Part shown: piece after piece, positions 11,742-21,892 of the stretch | Layout: the number at the start of each line of letters is the position of its first letter | Position numbering within the stretch: position 1 is the first letter of the stretch | Source of the DNA: an uncultured SAR116 cluster alpha proteobacterium | Lineage (GTDB): Bacteria; Pseudomonadota; Alphaproteobacteria; Puniceispirillales; Marisalimonadaceae | Assembly: GCA_902625215.1 (NCBI GenBank) | Contig: CACOAO010000009.1 | Coordinates: 4,051-68,050 of the forward strand | Direction of reading: 5' to 3' | Length of the DNA stretch: 64,000 nucleotides | Position numbers and translations under genes: made by a program | The notes under the pieces: generated by a model | What the model was told of the DNA's origin: nothing | Seen by the model: the letters and a program-made list of their open reading frames with translations, nothing else | The model's database searches: none

Positions 11742-13427
11742 TTAAATTTTCCACTTCATTAGTTTTCTATTAATTAAGGCAATTGTGATTAATAATAAGG
11801 TCGGAAACAATATTTGGAAAAATGTTGCAATTCCCAGATCTTGTTTAGAGCCACTCAAAGCTAAATTTAAGGCCTCAACTGTCAAGGTTGTCACTCTACC
11901 TGCCCCTATAAAGTAAACTGGCACATATAAAGAAAAAGAGACTATCATTCCAACAGCAAATGAAGTCAAAAGGGAAGGCAAGACTAATGGGAATTTAATC
12001 TTAAATAACCTTTCTATTCTATTTTTCCCCAAGCTAGAGGCTACTTTTATATATTCAGATTTAACTTCTCTTATGGCTGGCGCAAGTATAATAAAACAAT
12101 ATGGTATCACGTAAAATAACTGAACAGCTATGAGAGGTATTAAAAAACTATTATAATCAAAAAATATTATAAAACTTTGTAATCCAATTAAAAAAGAAAT
12201 TTGAGGAATGAATAATGGAATAAATATAATCCACTCAAATTGGGTTTTTTTTATATTTAAATAGTCTAATAATTCAACCCATATGATTATTAAAGTTGTG
12301 GACAGCAATGAAACTACCAGAGGTATGAATATAGAGATAGATATTAATGATTTATTTTGGTTATAAAAACTTAAAAAACTATCTACATTTAAATTAATTG
12401 GAAAAAAGTTTGGAAAATACCAATTTTCACTTAACCCCCATAATATAGAACAAATTATGCCCATAAAAGATAATAGAAATAAACTTATGCCAAAACATAG
12501 AATAGTGAATTTCAAAAACTCGGATTTAAATGAAGTAATTTTAATTAAATAAATATAAAAATATTTTAGTTTAATAATTTTCTCTAAAATAATCCAAAAA
12601 ATTAATAAAAATATAATTATTAATAATTGAATTAAAGATAAATTTGAAGCTATGAAAAATGAATCTATTTCTGAAGATTGAAAGATTTGTAAAATTCTCA
12701 CTGATAGAGTTGAGGGGGTTGATGGTGCCAAAAGTAAAGACATATCAACCACAGATGATGAAAATGCAATAATTATAAATACAACAAGTCTAATTTTTTT
12801 GTATATCATTGGAAATATTAAGATAAACCAAGTAGAAAAACTTGAATGTTGAAATGATTTTCCTAAATTGTAAAATGTTGTTGAAGAAAACTCCCTCAAA
12901 GCTGACAATGATACCAAAATGAGAAATGGTATTTCTTTTAACATTAGGCCTAATATTAAAAAAAAACCATATTCATCAGGAAATATATAAGAGTTTGGAG
13001 GTCTATCAAAGCCTGTTAACCATGGTGAAACTGATCTTAATAACAATCCACTTGGTGATAATAAAAATATTAAACCAATAGCCATTGTAATGTGTGGAAG
13101 AGCAATCAAAGGTGATATAATAATTTTTATATAACTGTAAAATTTAGTTTTAAAAAAATATAAAAGAATAACTTGAGAAAAAAATAACGCAAAAACAGTT
13201 GAAACTAAACCAGTAAAAATCGATAATAATATTGACTTATATATTCCTGGGATATTCATTGATATGTAAAAATAATTTAAGCCAAATTCACCTTTTTCTA
13301 AAATTGGTAAATAATTAAATGATGGTAAAAAAAAACCTAAAAAACCAAAAAACATAGGTATAATGATAATAAATCCAATAAATACTACAGATGTTTTGGA
13401 AAGAAGACGACGGAAATTATTTAACAT
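11742..13427 (-). CDS. ABC transporter permease, YnjC-like (duplicated TM domain)
   Basis: PHITMAIGLIFLLSPSG, LKEIPF and GAGRVTTLTVEA; about 12 TM segments; follows the YnjB-like binding protein. Confidence 0.8.
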   Translation of the reverse strand: MLNNFRRLLSKTSVVFIGFIIIIPMFFGFLGFFLPSFNYLPILEKGEFGLNYFYISMNIPGIYKSILLSIFTGLVSTVFALFFSQVILLYFFKTKFYSYIKIIISPLIALPHITMAIGLIFLLSPSGLLLRSVSPWLTGFDRPPNSYIFPDEYGFFLILGLMLKEIPFLILVSLSALREFSSTTFYNLGKSFQHSSFSTWFILIFPMIYKKIRLVVFIIIAFSSSVVDMSLLLAPSTPSTLSVRILQIFQSSEIDSFFIASNLSLIQLLIIIFLLIFWIILEKIIKLKYFYIYLIKITSFKSEFLKFTILCFGISLFLLSFMGIICSILWGLSENWYFPNFFPINLNVDSFLSFYNQNKSLISISIFIPLVVSLLSTTLIIIWVELLDYLNIKKTQFEWIIFIPLFIPQISFLIGLQSFIIFFDYNSFLIPLIAVQLFYVIPYCFIILAPAIREVKSEYIKVASSLGKNRIERLFKIKFPLVLPSLLTSFAVGMIVSFSLYVPVYFIGAGRVTTLTVEALNLALSGSKQDLGIATFFQILFPTLLLITIALINRKLMKWKI

Positions 13428-13434
13428 TTATGAC

Positions 13435-14679
13435 CTAATTATTTGAGCCATATCTTTCTATCCATCCTTCTTCTATGACTTTAACCCAGGAAGGATGCGG
13501 TTCTTCCAACTTCATTGTTAACTCCTCATTTGAAAGTGTTGCAATGCCTCTTGGAAGCATAGCAAATTTATTTTTCCATGCTTTTTCTAATTTTGCTATT
13601 GAAACCACGCTTGGATCACCCCAAAAATTCTTGTCTTGTTTTTTTAATTGAGCCTCTGGAGATACCAAAAAATTTATAAAAATTTTAGATGCAGTCTTCC
13701 TACTAGAATTATATGGAATTGCTAAAAAATGCACATTTGCAAGAGTTCCGTCTTTATGAATATAACTTCTTACAGTATTAGGTAACTTTCCTTCAGATAT
13801 TGCATTTGAAGCATGTGCTATATTAAACGCCATACCTATGTCAATTTCTCTTTCTGCTACTAACTCTGTTAAAGCTAAATAATTAGTAGGATAATTTTTG
13901 CCTTCTCTCCATAAATAAGGAGTTGTCTGATCTAACCATTTCCATAATGGACTTAGTGCTTTTTTATGTTTATTATTGACATATCTGGTTTTCAACAAGC
14001 TTTTATCATCTATTAACTCAATTAAAATTTGTTTTAGAAAGCTAGTACCCGTAAAATCTGGTGGCTGAGGGAATGTGAACCTTCCTTTATTTTTTATGAT
14101 GTATTCTTTTAGTTCAGATGCTGATCTTGGAGGAGATTTAAGGTATTTGCTATCATAATAAAAATTTAATTGTGATACTCCCCAAGGCATTTCCATACCT
14201 TCAGTGGGAACACCAAAATCATTTAACAAACTTTGGTTATTTTCAAAATCTAAATACTTCGAATTAGGCAAATCTTTAATCCAATTTCCAGAAAGAAGCA
14301 TATTATTTTTCTTCATCACAGAAAAATTTTCTCCATTAATCCATACTAGGTCGACAGCCCCATTATTATCTTTTTTAACATTTTTTTCAGATAAAATTCT
14401 TGCTACTACATTAGCGGTGTCAGAGATCTTGACGTGTTTAACTGTAATATTATGTCTTTTTTTAACTTCGTTTGAAGCCCATTTGATATATGAATTTATA
14501 TTCTTAGCTCCACCCCAAGCATGAAAGAAAATAGTTTGTCCGGAAACCTTGCTAGTTTCTATTTCCCAATCATTACTTTTTTCTGCGGCATTGGAGTAAG
14601 GACTAAGTATAAAGAAAACACAAAAAAACAAACACTTTAAAAATGTTTTGGCTAAATTATTGGTCAATTTTAAAAGCAT
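13435..14679 (-). CDS. ABC transporter substrate-binding protein, YnjB-like (putative thiamine-type)
   Basis: Signal peptide; FHAWGG, VDLVWINGENF, PPDFTGTSFLKQ and NVHFLAIPYN. Confidence 0.82.
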   Translation of the reverse strand: MLLKLTNNLAKTFLKCLFFCVFFILSPYSNAAEKSNDWEIETSKVSGQTIFFHAWGGAKNINSYIKWASNEVKKRHNITVKHVKISDTANVVARILSEKNVKKDNNGAVDLVWINGENFSVMKKNNMLLSGNWIKDLPNSKYLDFENNQSLLNDFGVPTEGMEMPWGVSQLNFYYDSKYLKSPPRSASELKEYIIKNKGRFTFPQPPDFTGTSFLKQILIELIDDKSLLKTRYVNNKHKKALSPLWKWLDQTTPYLWREGKNYPTNYLALTELVAEREIDIGMAFNIAHASNAISEGKLPNTVRSYIHKDGTLANVHFLAIPYNSSRKTASKIFINFLVSPEAQLKKQDKNFWGDPSVVSIAKLEKAWKNKFAMLPRGIATLSNEELTMKLEEPHPSWVKVIEEGWIERYGSNN

Positions 14680-14792
14680 ATAGATTTACCTCAAAGGTTG
14701 TTCTTGAATAGACAAATATTGATATTAAATATAATAATGTCGATACTAATTACTATTCATACAATACTCAACTAAGAAATAGCGATATAATT

Positions 14793-15077
14793 ATGAATGC
14801 TTTCTTGATACTTATAAATGAAATTATAACACTCTATTTATATACGTTGTTTGTGTATGTTGTAATGAGCCTTCTTATCCAATTTCAAATGATTAATAGC
14901 TACAACAAAATTATAAATACAATTTTTCGAGCTCTAATATCCTTGCATGAACCATTATTAGGAAAAATTAGACAGTATATACCCTCTCTCTCCGGAATTG
15001 ATTTGTCACCTGTAATAGTTATTCTTTTATTGAGTTTTTTAAAAAACTTGATCCAAGATTATAGATTGGGGTTATAA
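14793..15077 (+). CDS. YggT family membrane protein
   Basis: EPLLGKIRQYIPSLSGIDLSP motif. Confidence 0.88.
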   Translation: MNAFLILINEIITLYLYTLFVYVVMSLLIQFQMINSYNKIINTIFRALISLHEPLLGKIRQYIPSLSGIDLSPVIVILLLSFLKNLIQDYRLGL

Positions 15078-15085
15078 AATTTTTA

Positions 15086-16006
15086 ATGACAAGTATAAAT
15101 AAAATGATTGATGGAAAAATGTATGCTGGAAAATTGCTTGGGGAAATCCATCTTCAAAGCAAAGAATTTCTAAAAAAATTTAATCGAAAACCATGCCTTA
15201 CAGTCATATTAGTTGGAGATAGTCATGCAAGCAAAATATATGTAAAAAATAAAATCCTAACAGCTAATAATAACGGTATAGAATCTAAAAAAATTTTGTT
15301 TAATTCTGATGTATCAGAGGAAGAATTGATTAAACAAATATTAATATTAAATAAAGATGAGAAAGTTGATGGGATTCTTGTTCAACTTCCACTGCCGAAA
15401 CACATTACTGAAAAAAAAATCCTTGATGTAATAAATCCATCAAAAGATGTTGACGGATTTCATCCTTCTAATTTTGGTAAACTTTTTATGGGGAACCCAA
15501 ATTTTGTTCCATGCACACCTTTAGGCTGTCTTTATATGTTGAAACATGAAATTTTAGATATTAAAGGAAAAAATGCTGTTATAATAGGCCGGTCAAACAT
15601 CGTAGGAAAACCTATGGCATCATTATTACTATCTTCACACTGCTCAGTAACAATAACACATTCAAAAACAAAAAATATTAAAGAGCATACAAAAAAAGCG
15701 GATATCTTGATTGTATCAATGGGTGTTCCTGAAATTATTGACGAATCTTTTATAAAACCAGGTGCGATTGTGATAGATGTTGGAATTAATAGACTAGAGA
15801 AAAAAATTATTGATAGCTCAATAAATAAACGAACGATAGTTGGCGATGTGAACTATAAAAAAGCTATTAAAATTGCTGACAAAGTTACTCCTGTCCCAGG
15901 TGGTGTCGGACCAATGACAGTAGCATGTTTAATGCACAATACTGTCAAGGCAGCCTATCTTAATAAGAAACATAATTTTATTAATGTGTTAGAAGGATTT
16001 TTATAA
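15086..16006 (+). CDS. folD: Methylenetetrahydrofolate dehydrogenase/cyclohydrolase
   Basis: YVKNK, GILVQLPLP, KDVDGFHP, GRSNIVGKP and TPVPGGVGPMT. Confidence 0.97.
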   Translation: MTSINKMIDGKMYAGKLLGEIHLQSKEFLKKFNRKPCLTVILVGDSHASKIYVKNKILTANNNGIESKKILFNSDVSEEELIKQILILNKDEKVDGILVQLPLPKHITEKKILDVINPSKDVDGFHPSNFGKLFMGNPNFVPCTPLGCLYMLKHEILDIKGKNAVIIGRSNIVGKPMASLLLSSHCSVTITHSKTKNIKEHTKKADILIVSMGVPEIIDESFIKPGAIVIDVGINRLEKKIIDSSINKRTIVGDVNYKKAIKIADKVTPVPGGVGPMTVACLMHNTVKAAYLNKKHNFINVLEGFL

Positions 16007-16206
16007 TGGATTGGCTTAACATTACTTTATTTTTATCTATGACCTTGGTGGCTCTTATACTTGCCTGGGGCTTGATAACAATGGCTAGAGGTGGAGAATA
16101 CAACAAGTCATATAGTAACATTTTAATGAGATACAGAATAGTTTTTCAAGCTCTAGCAATTATGATATTTATTTGCTTACTATTATATAAGAGATATTAT
16201 GGTTAA
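16006..16206 (+). CDS. HIG1-domain twin-transmembrane small protein
   Basis: Two TM helices around SNILMRYRIVFQ; usual position before pduO-etfBA. Confidence 0.8.
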   Translation: MDWLNITLFLSMTLVALILAWGLITMARGGEYNKSYSNILMRYRIVFQALAIMIFICLLLYKRYYG

Positions 16207-16792
16207 ATTAAATAAAATTTATACTCGTACAGGCGATGATGGATCAACTGGTTTAACCGATGGAAGTAGAGTTCCAAAGCACTCACCTAGACCACAAGCT
16301 TATGGCTCAGTTGATGAACTAAATTCTTCTTTAGGAATAGTATATTTTTGTTTAAATAAAGAGAGTTCAAACATATTTAAAGATGAAATTAAAAATTTAA
16401 TTAGAGAAATTCAAAATGATTTATTTGATTTAGGTGCAGACTTAGCAACCCCAATATCAAAAGAAAAACAAAAGTATCCTCCACTTAGGATTAAAAAGAA
16501 ACAAATTGATAAAATAGAAAAGAAAATAGACCATTATAATAAATTATTAAAACCCCTTAGTTCCTTCATTCTACCTGGTGGATCTGAAGCCTCTACTTTA
16601 TTACATCAGTCAAGAACAATAGCAAGAAGAGCTGAAAGAGATACAAGTTTACTTTCGAGTAAAGAAGATATAAACATACAATCTTTAATTTATTTGAATA
16701 GATTGTCTGATTTATTATTTGTATTATGCAGAGTTTTAAATGAAAATGGACTAAAGGATATATTATGGATACCAGGTTTAAATCAAAAATAA
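16199..16792 (+). CDS. pduO: Cob(I)alamin adenosyltransferase, PduO type
   Basis: KIYTRTGDDGSTGL, YGSVDELNS, RRAER and YLNRLSDLLF. Confidence 0.93.
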   Translation: MVKLNKIYTRTGDDGSTGLTDGSRVPKHSPRPQAYGSVDELNSSLGIVYFCLNKESSNIFKDEIKNLIREIQNDLFDLGADLATPISKEKQKYPPLRIKKKQIDKIEKKIDHYNKLLKPLSSFILPGGSEASTLLHQSRTIARRAERDTSLLSSKEDINIQSLIYLNRLSDLLFVLCRVLNENGLKDILWIPGLNQK

Positions 16793-16816
16793 TTTATTTA
16801 AGAAAGGGAGTTTAGT

Positions 16817-17566
16817 TTGAAAATTTTAGTGCCTGTTAAGCGAGTTGTAGATTATAACGTAAAAGTCAGAGTTAAAAATGATAATTCTGGCGTTGAATTA
16901 GAAAACGTTAAAATGTCTATGAATCCATTTGATGAAATAGCTGTAGAAGAAGCTTTAAGATTCAAAGAAAAAGGAATAGCAAATGAAGTTATAGCTATAT
17001 CTATCGGCGCATCACAAGTTCAAGAAACCATAAGAAATGCTCTAGCCATGGGAGCTGATTCTGGTATATTTGTTGAATCTAATGATAATCTTGAGCCATT
17101 AAACATAGCAAAAATTATTTCATCCATTGCTCAAAAAGAAAATATAGATTTATTGATTTTAGGAAAACAAGCAATTGATGATGATATGAATGCTACTGGT
17201 CAGATGATTGCTGCCTTATTAGATTGGCCTCAAGCCACTTTTGCTAGCAAAGTAGAAATTTCAGGAAAAAAAGCAAAGGTTAGCCGAGAAGTTGACGGTG
17301 GGATTGAAAATATTGAAATTTCTTTACCTGCTGTTATAAGCACAGATTTAAGATTAAATGAACCCAGATATGCTAGTCTTCCAAACATAATGAAAGCTAA
17401 GAAAAAACCAATTAATGAAATTAAAATTGAGGATCTTGATGTCGAATTAAAAAAGCATTTAAATGTTTTAAAAGTTGAAGAACCTGCTAAACGTCAATCA
17501 GGAGTTATGTTAAAAACTGTAGATGAATTAGTTGATAAATTAAAAAATGAAGCAAAAGTAATATAA
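16817..17566 (+). CDS. etfB: Electron transfer flavoprotein beta subunit
   Basis: [25 protein letters not shown] and GKQAIDDD; TTG start with SD GGGAG. Confidence 0.96.
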   Translation: MKILVPVKRVVDYNVKVRVKNDNSGVELENVKMSMNPFDEIAVEEALRFKEKGIANEVIAISIGASQVQETIRNALAMGADSGIFVESNDNLEPLNIAKIISSIAQKENIDLLILGKQAIDDDMNATGQMIAALLDWPQATFASKVEISGKKAKVSREVDGGIENIEISLPAVISTDLRLNEPRYASLPNIMKAKKKPINEIKIEDLDVELKKHLNVLKVEEPAKRQSGVMLKTVDELVDKLKNEAKVI

Positions 17567-17584
17567 AAATTAAAGGAATATATA

Positions 17585-18514
17585 ATGAAGATACTTGCGA
17601 TAGCTGAACATAATAATGACGAAATGTTGCCCGCTACCTTACATACCGTAAATGCAGCCAAACAAATTGGGGATACTGACTTATTAGTTGTGGGGCACAA
17701 TTGCGAGGAAGTAATTAATAATGCAAGCAAAATTGAAGGAATCAATAAAGTGCTTTATTGTAATGAAGCAATTTATGAAAATGCTATAGCAGAAAATTTA
17801 TCTATTCTTATTAAATCTATAGCACAAAGTTATTCTCATATTTTATTTTCAAATACAGCTAATGGTAAAAATACAGCTCCTCGTCTGGCTGCATTACTAG
17901 ATGTAATGATTGTTCCAGACATTATTGAAATAATTGACGAAAGTACATTTAAAAGACCAATTTATGCTGGTAATGCAATTGCTACTTGCAAGAGTGAAGA
18001 TACATGTAAAGTTATCACTGTGAGAACTACAGCATTCGAAAAAGCTTCACTTAGTGAAAACCAAGTTGAAACTGTGTCGATCAATTCAAAGCAAAATACT
18101 GAGTTAACAAAATATATTAATTCAGAACTTTCACAAAATGAACGACCTGAATTAACTGCTGCTGATATTGTTGTTTCCGGTGGAAGAGGACTCGGGTCAG
18201 CCGAAAACTTTCAAGTTTTAGAAAAATTAGCAGACAAACTAGGAGCAGCTATGGGAGCAAGTAGAGCAGCAGTAGATGCTGGCTATGTACCTAATGATTG
18301 GCAAGTTGGGCAAACTGGAAAGGTGGTTGCACCAAATTTATACATTGCTGCCGGCATTTCTGGTGCAATACAGCATTTAGCAGGCATGAAAGATAGCAAA
18401 GTAATTGTAGCGATAAATAAAGACGAAGAAGCTCCTATTTTTACTGTATCTGACTACGGGCTTGCTGAGGATTTATTTAAAACTGTGCCGGAAATGGAGA
18501 AATTAGTAAAGTAA
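17585..18514 (+). CDS. etfA: Electron transfer flavoprotein alpha subunit
   Basis: [22 protein letters not shown] and [11 protein letters not shown]. Confidence 0.96.
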   Translation: MKILAIAEHNNDEMLPATLHTVNAAKQIGDTDLLVVGHNCEEVINNASKIEGINKVLYCNEAIYENAIAENLSILIKSIAQSYSHILFSNTANGKNTAPRLAALLDVMIVPDIIEIIDESTFKRPIYAGNAIATCKSEDTCKVITVRTTAFEKASLSENQVETVSINSKQNTELTKYINSELSQNERPELTAADIVVSGGRGLGSAENFQVLEKLADKLGAAMGASRAAVDAGYVPNDWQVGQTGKVVAPNLYIAAGISGAIQHLAGMKDSKVIVAINKDEEAPIFTVSDYGLAEDLFKTVPEMEKLVK

Positions 18515-19033
18515 GCTTTTTATTTTATTAATTATTTCATCTTGTGCCCATTTCAAAATGCCCTCATGTTTTGAAATAATATAACCATTTTTATCAACTA
18601 TTATGGTTGTAGGAATTCCCCTTAATTTCAAGGTTTTAAAAATTTTCATTTCTTTATCAAAAAAGTGATTTAAATTTGAAGCACCATTGTTTGATAAAAA
18701 TTCAAGTTGATCTTTAATATTTTTTTTATCTATTGATATAGTCAATACATCAATATTGTATTTCTTAATCTTAGATTTTAATGAACTTAGATCAGGTAGC
18801 TCTTTTTTACATGGAATACACCAGGTAGCCCAAAAATTTATTATAAAACCTTTATTCGAATCTTGATTGAATTTTAATATCAAAGGCTTTTCATTATTAT
18901 CCAGAAGCTCTAACGTTGGAAATTTGATTTTGTCATCTATTTTATCCAAGTATTCGAAAGCAAAGGTATTCCAAGGTAAAATTACAAGATATAATAATAA
19001 TAATATTTTTTTGTTAAAATTTGATGTAAGCAT
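18503..19033 (-). CDS. TlpA family thiol:disulfide oxidoreductase
   Basis: INFWATWCIPC (CxxC) and RGIPTT; N-terminal signal/anchor; divergent from argH. Confidence 0.88.
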   Translation of the reverse strand: MLTSNFNKKILLLLYLVILPWNTFAFEYLDKIDDKIKFPTLELLDNNEKPLILKFNQDSNKGFIINFWATWCIPCKKELPDLSSLKSKIKKYNIDVLTISIDKKNIKDQLEFLSNNGASNLNHFFDKEMKIFKTLKLRGIPTTIIVDKNGYIISKHEGILKWAQDEIINKIKSLLY

Positions 19034-19086
19034 GTTAAGTATTACTTTAAATTGATTATAACTTTATATTTAATATACGTAATAAA

Positions 19087-20499
19087 ATGAAAAAAAGTAG
19101 TTTAGATAAAAAAAATAATAATAAAATATGGGGTGGAAGGTACTCTACATCTCCCAGTGAGTTAATGGAGGAGTTTAATTCATCAATTCAATTTGATCAG
19201 ATTCTTTATGTCGAAGATATTGAAGGATCAATAGCACATTCAGAGATGCTGTCTAAACAAAATATTATTTCTAAAAAAGACTTTTTATCTATTAAATCTG
19301 GTTTAGAACAAATAAAAAAAGAAATATCCAATAATCAATTTCATTTCTCAAGTAAATTAGAAGATATACACATGAATATTGAAAGTAGGTTGGTAGAAAT
19401 AATCGGTGATGCTGGAAAAAAATTGCATACTGCTCGATCAAGAAATGATCAAGTTGCAACTGATATCAAATTATGGCTTAGGAAAAAAATTGATGAAATC
19501 GAATTGAGACTAAAGAATTTACAACAAACACTCATTGAAAAGTCAGAGATCTATTATGATCTCTTAATGCCTGGCTATACACATCTTCAGGTGGGTCAAC
19601 CAGTTACATTTGGACATCATCTATTAGCATACGTAGAGATGCTTGGTAGAGATAGGGGCAGATTACTTGACTGTCGAAAAAGAATGAATGAGCTCCCTTT
19701 GGGTTCTGCTGCTTTAGCAGGCACTAGTTATGCTATTGACAGGCACTTTGTTGCAGACAAACTTGGCTTTAGTAAACCTACTGAAAATTCAATGGATTCC
19801 GTTTCTGATAGGGATTTTGCTGTTGAATTCATGTCTGCGTCATCATTAATTGCAATACATTTGTCTAGGCTTGCTGAAGAGTTAGTTATTTGGTCCTCAG
19901 ACAGATTTAGTTTTATAAAATTACCAGAAAAATTTACAACTGGTTCAAGTATAATGCCTCAAAAAAGAAATCCTGATGGAGCTGAATTAGTTAGGGCAAA
20001 ACCTGGGAGAATATTTGGAAATTTACTCAGTTTAATGACTGTTCTCAAAGGTTTACCTATGACTTATGGTAAAGACATGCAAGAAGATAAAGAGCCAATC
20101 TTTGATACAGTTAAAAATATTGAATTATGTATTCTTAACATGGATGGTATGATTAGTGAAATAGAACCTATCCCAGAAAAAATGATGGAGGCACTTCAAA
20201 AAGGTTTTCCAACTGCAACAGACTTAGCAGATTACCTAGTAGCGAATCTTAAAATTCCTTTCCGTGAAGCTCACCATTTAACAGGAAAAATAGTTTTATT
20301 AGCTGAAAAAAAAATATCTTCTTTAGAAGATTTAACAATAGAGGATATTCAAAGTATCGTCCCAGGTGTAGATTTATCAATATTAAAGGTTTTAAAAATT
20401 AAAAATTCTGTTTCCAGCAGAAAATCTTATGGTGGAACAGCGCCAAAAAATGTTTTAAAAGCAATTGAAAATGCTAAAAAAAGATTTTTGAAAGGATAG
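19087..20499 (+). CDS. argH: Argininosuccinate lyase
   Basis: WGGRY, HTARSRNDQ and TGSSIMPQKRNPD. Confidence 0.97.
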   Translation: MKKSSLDKKNNNKIWGGRYSTSPSELMEEFNSSIQFDQILYVEDIEGSIAHSEMLSKQNIISKKDFLSIKSGLEQIKKEISNNQFHFSSKLEDIHMNIESRLVEIIGDAGKKLHTARSRNDQVATDIKLWLRKKIDEIELRLKNLQQTLIEKSEIYYDLLMPGYTHLQVGQPVTFGHHLLAYVEMLGRDRGRLLDCRKRMNELPLGSAALAGTSYAIDRHFVADKLGFSKPTENSMDSVSDRDFAVEFMSASSLIAIHLSRLAEELVIWSSDRFSFIKLPEKFTTGSSIMPQKRNPDGAELVRAKPGRIFGNLLSLMTVLKGLPMTYGKDMQEDKEPIFDTVKNIELCILNMDGMISEIEPIPEKMMEALQKGFPTATDLADYLVANLKIPFREAHHLTGKIVLLAEKKISSLEDLTIEDIQSIVPGVDLSILKVLKIKNSVSSRKSYGGTAPKNVLKAIENAKKRFLKG

Positions 20500-20505
20500 A
20501 TAAAT

Positions 20506-20619
20506 ATGAATTTAAAACTTATAATTTTGGTTTTTATATTTTTATCGTCTGTTTCTTTGTATGCCTGTGGAAGAAAAGATGCACCTATAAAGCCTTCTCA
20601 AGTAATTACGAAGAACTAG
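20506..20619 (+). CDS. Small lipoprotein, LptM/YifL-like (37 aa, absent from the ORF track)
   Basis: Translated by hand: MNLKLIILVFIFLSSVSLYACGRKDAPIKPSQVITKN*. Lipobox LYA-C then GRK; fills the argH-lysA gap exactly. Confidence 0.8.
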   Translation: MNLKLIILVFIFLSSVSLYACGRKDAPIKPSQVITKN

Positions 20620-20626
20620 ATTTATT

Positions 20627-21892
20627 ATGTTCCCTTCAGGTTTTTACAGAGATGAAAATGATGAACTGAACGTTCAAGGTATTAAAATTAGTGACTTAAC
20701 AAATAGATTTGGTACTCCTCTATTCATTTATGACACAGGTTTAATGAAAGAAAGATATGAAGAATTTTTAGACACTGTTAAAAATGTTAATGGGAATATT
20801 CATTATGCTGTTAAAGCCAATGATTCACTGAATATTATTAAATTTTTTGGAAAATTAGGCTCAGGTGCAGATATAGTTTCTATAGGTGAGTTCGAGAAAT
20901 GTGTTGCAGCAGGTATTTCTCCAAATAAAATGATATTTTCAGGTGTTGGAAAAAATAAAGACGAGATAGAAATAGCATTACGTAACAATATTCTTCAGTT
21001 TAACATTGAATCAGAAGAAGAGCTCAATGATATCTACAATATTGCTTCAAAACTAAAATTAACAGCAAACATATGTCTAAGAGTTAATCCTGATATAGCT
21101 CCAGATACACATAAAAAAATTTCAACTGGTGAAAAAGAAACTAAATTTGGGATTGATATTGATGATGTTGCTAGACTATATAAAAGGCTATATGAATTAG
21201 ATTACATCAATCCTGTTGGTTTAGGAGTACATATTGGTTCGCAAATATTTGATTTTAGTTTTTTTGAGAAAGCCTATCTTGATCTTAAAAATATTGCAGA
21301 CGATCTTAAAAAAAATGGATATAAAGTGCCAACATTAGATTTGGGAGGCGGTATTGGAATAAATTATAATTCAAATAAAAAACCAAATTTTATTACTTAT
21401 AAGAAAATTATCTCTGATATATTCCTAAAATCTGATTACCAATTAAGTTTTGAACCAGGAAGAAGCTTAATTGCTGAAGCAGGAGTTCTAATAACTAAAG
21501 TCATAAGAAACAAAAAAAATAAAGGCAAAAACTTTGTTATAGTTGATGCAGCAATGAATAACTTAATTAGACCGACCTTATATGATGCATATCATAAGAT
21601 TGAGCTTGTTAAAGATAAAATTGGCGAAGAAATTGTAGTTGATATTGTTGGTCCAATTTGTGAAACAGGTGATTTTATTGCCCTAAATCGAAAATTAATT
21701 GAAGTAAAAAGTGATGATCTTTTGACAATAAGAACAGCAGGAGCTTATGCATCTGTAATGAAATCAAATTATAATTCAAGGGTCGATGCCGTAGAAATTT
21801 TGATCCACGATGGAAAATCATATAAAATAAAACAAACTGATACAATTCAAAACACAATCTTGAAGGAAAAAATGGTAGATTTTAATTTTTAA
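20627..21892 (+). CDS. lysA: Diaminopimelate decarboxylase
   Basis: HYAVKAN (PLP Lys), HIGSQ, DLGGG, EPGR and GPICETGD. Confidence 0.96.
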   Translation: MFPSGFYRDENDELNVQGIKISDLTNRFGTPLFIYDTGLMKERYEEFLDTVKNVNGNIHYAVKANDSLNIIKFFGKLGSGADIVSIGEFEKCVAAGISPNKMIFSGVGKNKDEIEIALRNNILQFNIESEEELNDIYNIASKLKLTANICLRVNPDIAPDTHKKISTGEKETKFGIDIDDVARLYKRLYELDYINPVGLGVHIGSQIFDFSFFEKAYLDLKNIADDLKKNGYKVPTLDLGGGIGINYNSNKKPNFITYKKIISDIFLKSDYQLSFEPGRSLIAEAGVLITKVIRNKKNKGKNFVIVDAAMNNLIRPTLYDAYHKIELVKDKIGEEIVVDIVGPICETGDFIALNRKLIEVKSDDLLTIRTAGAYASVMKSNYNSRVDAVEILIHDGKSYKIKQTDTIQNTILKEKMVDFNF

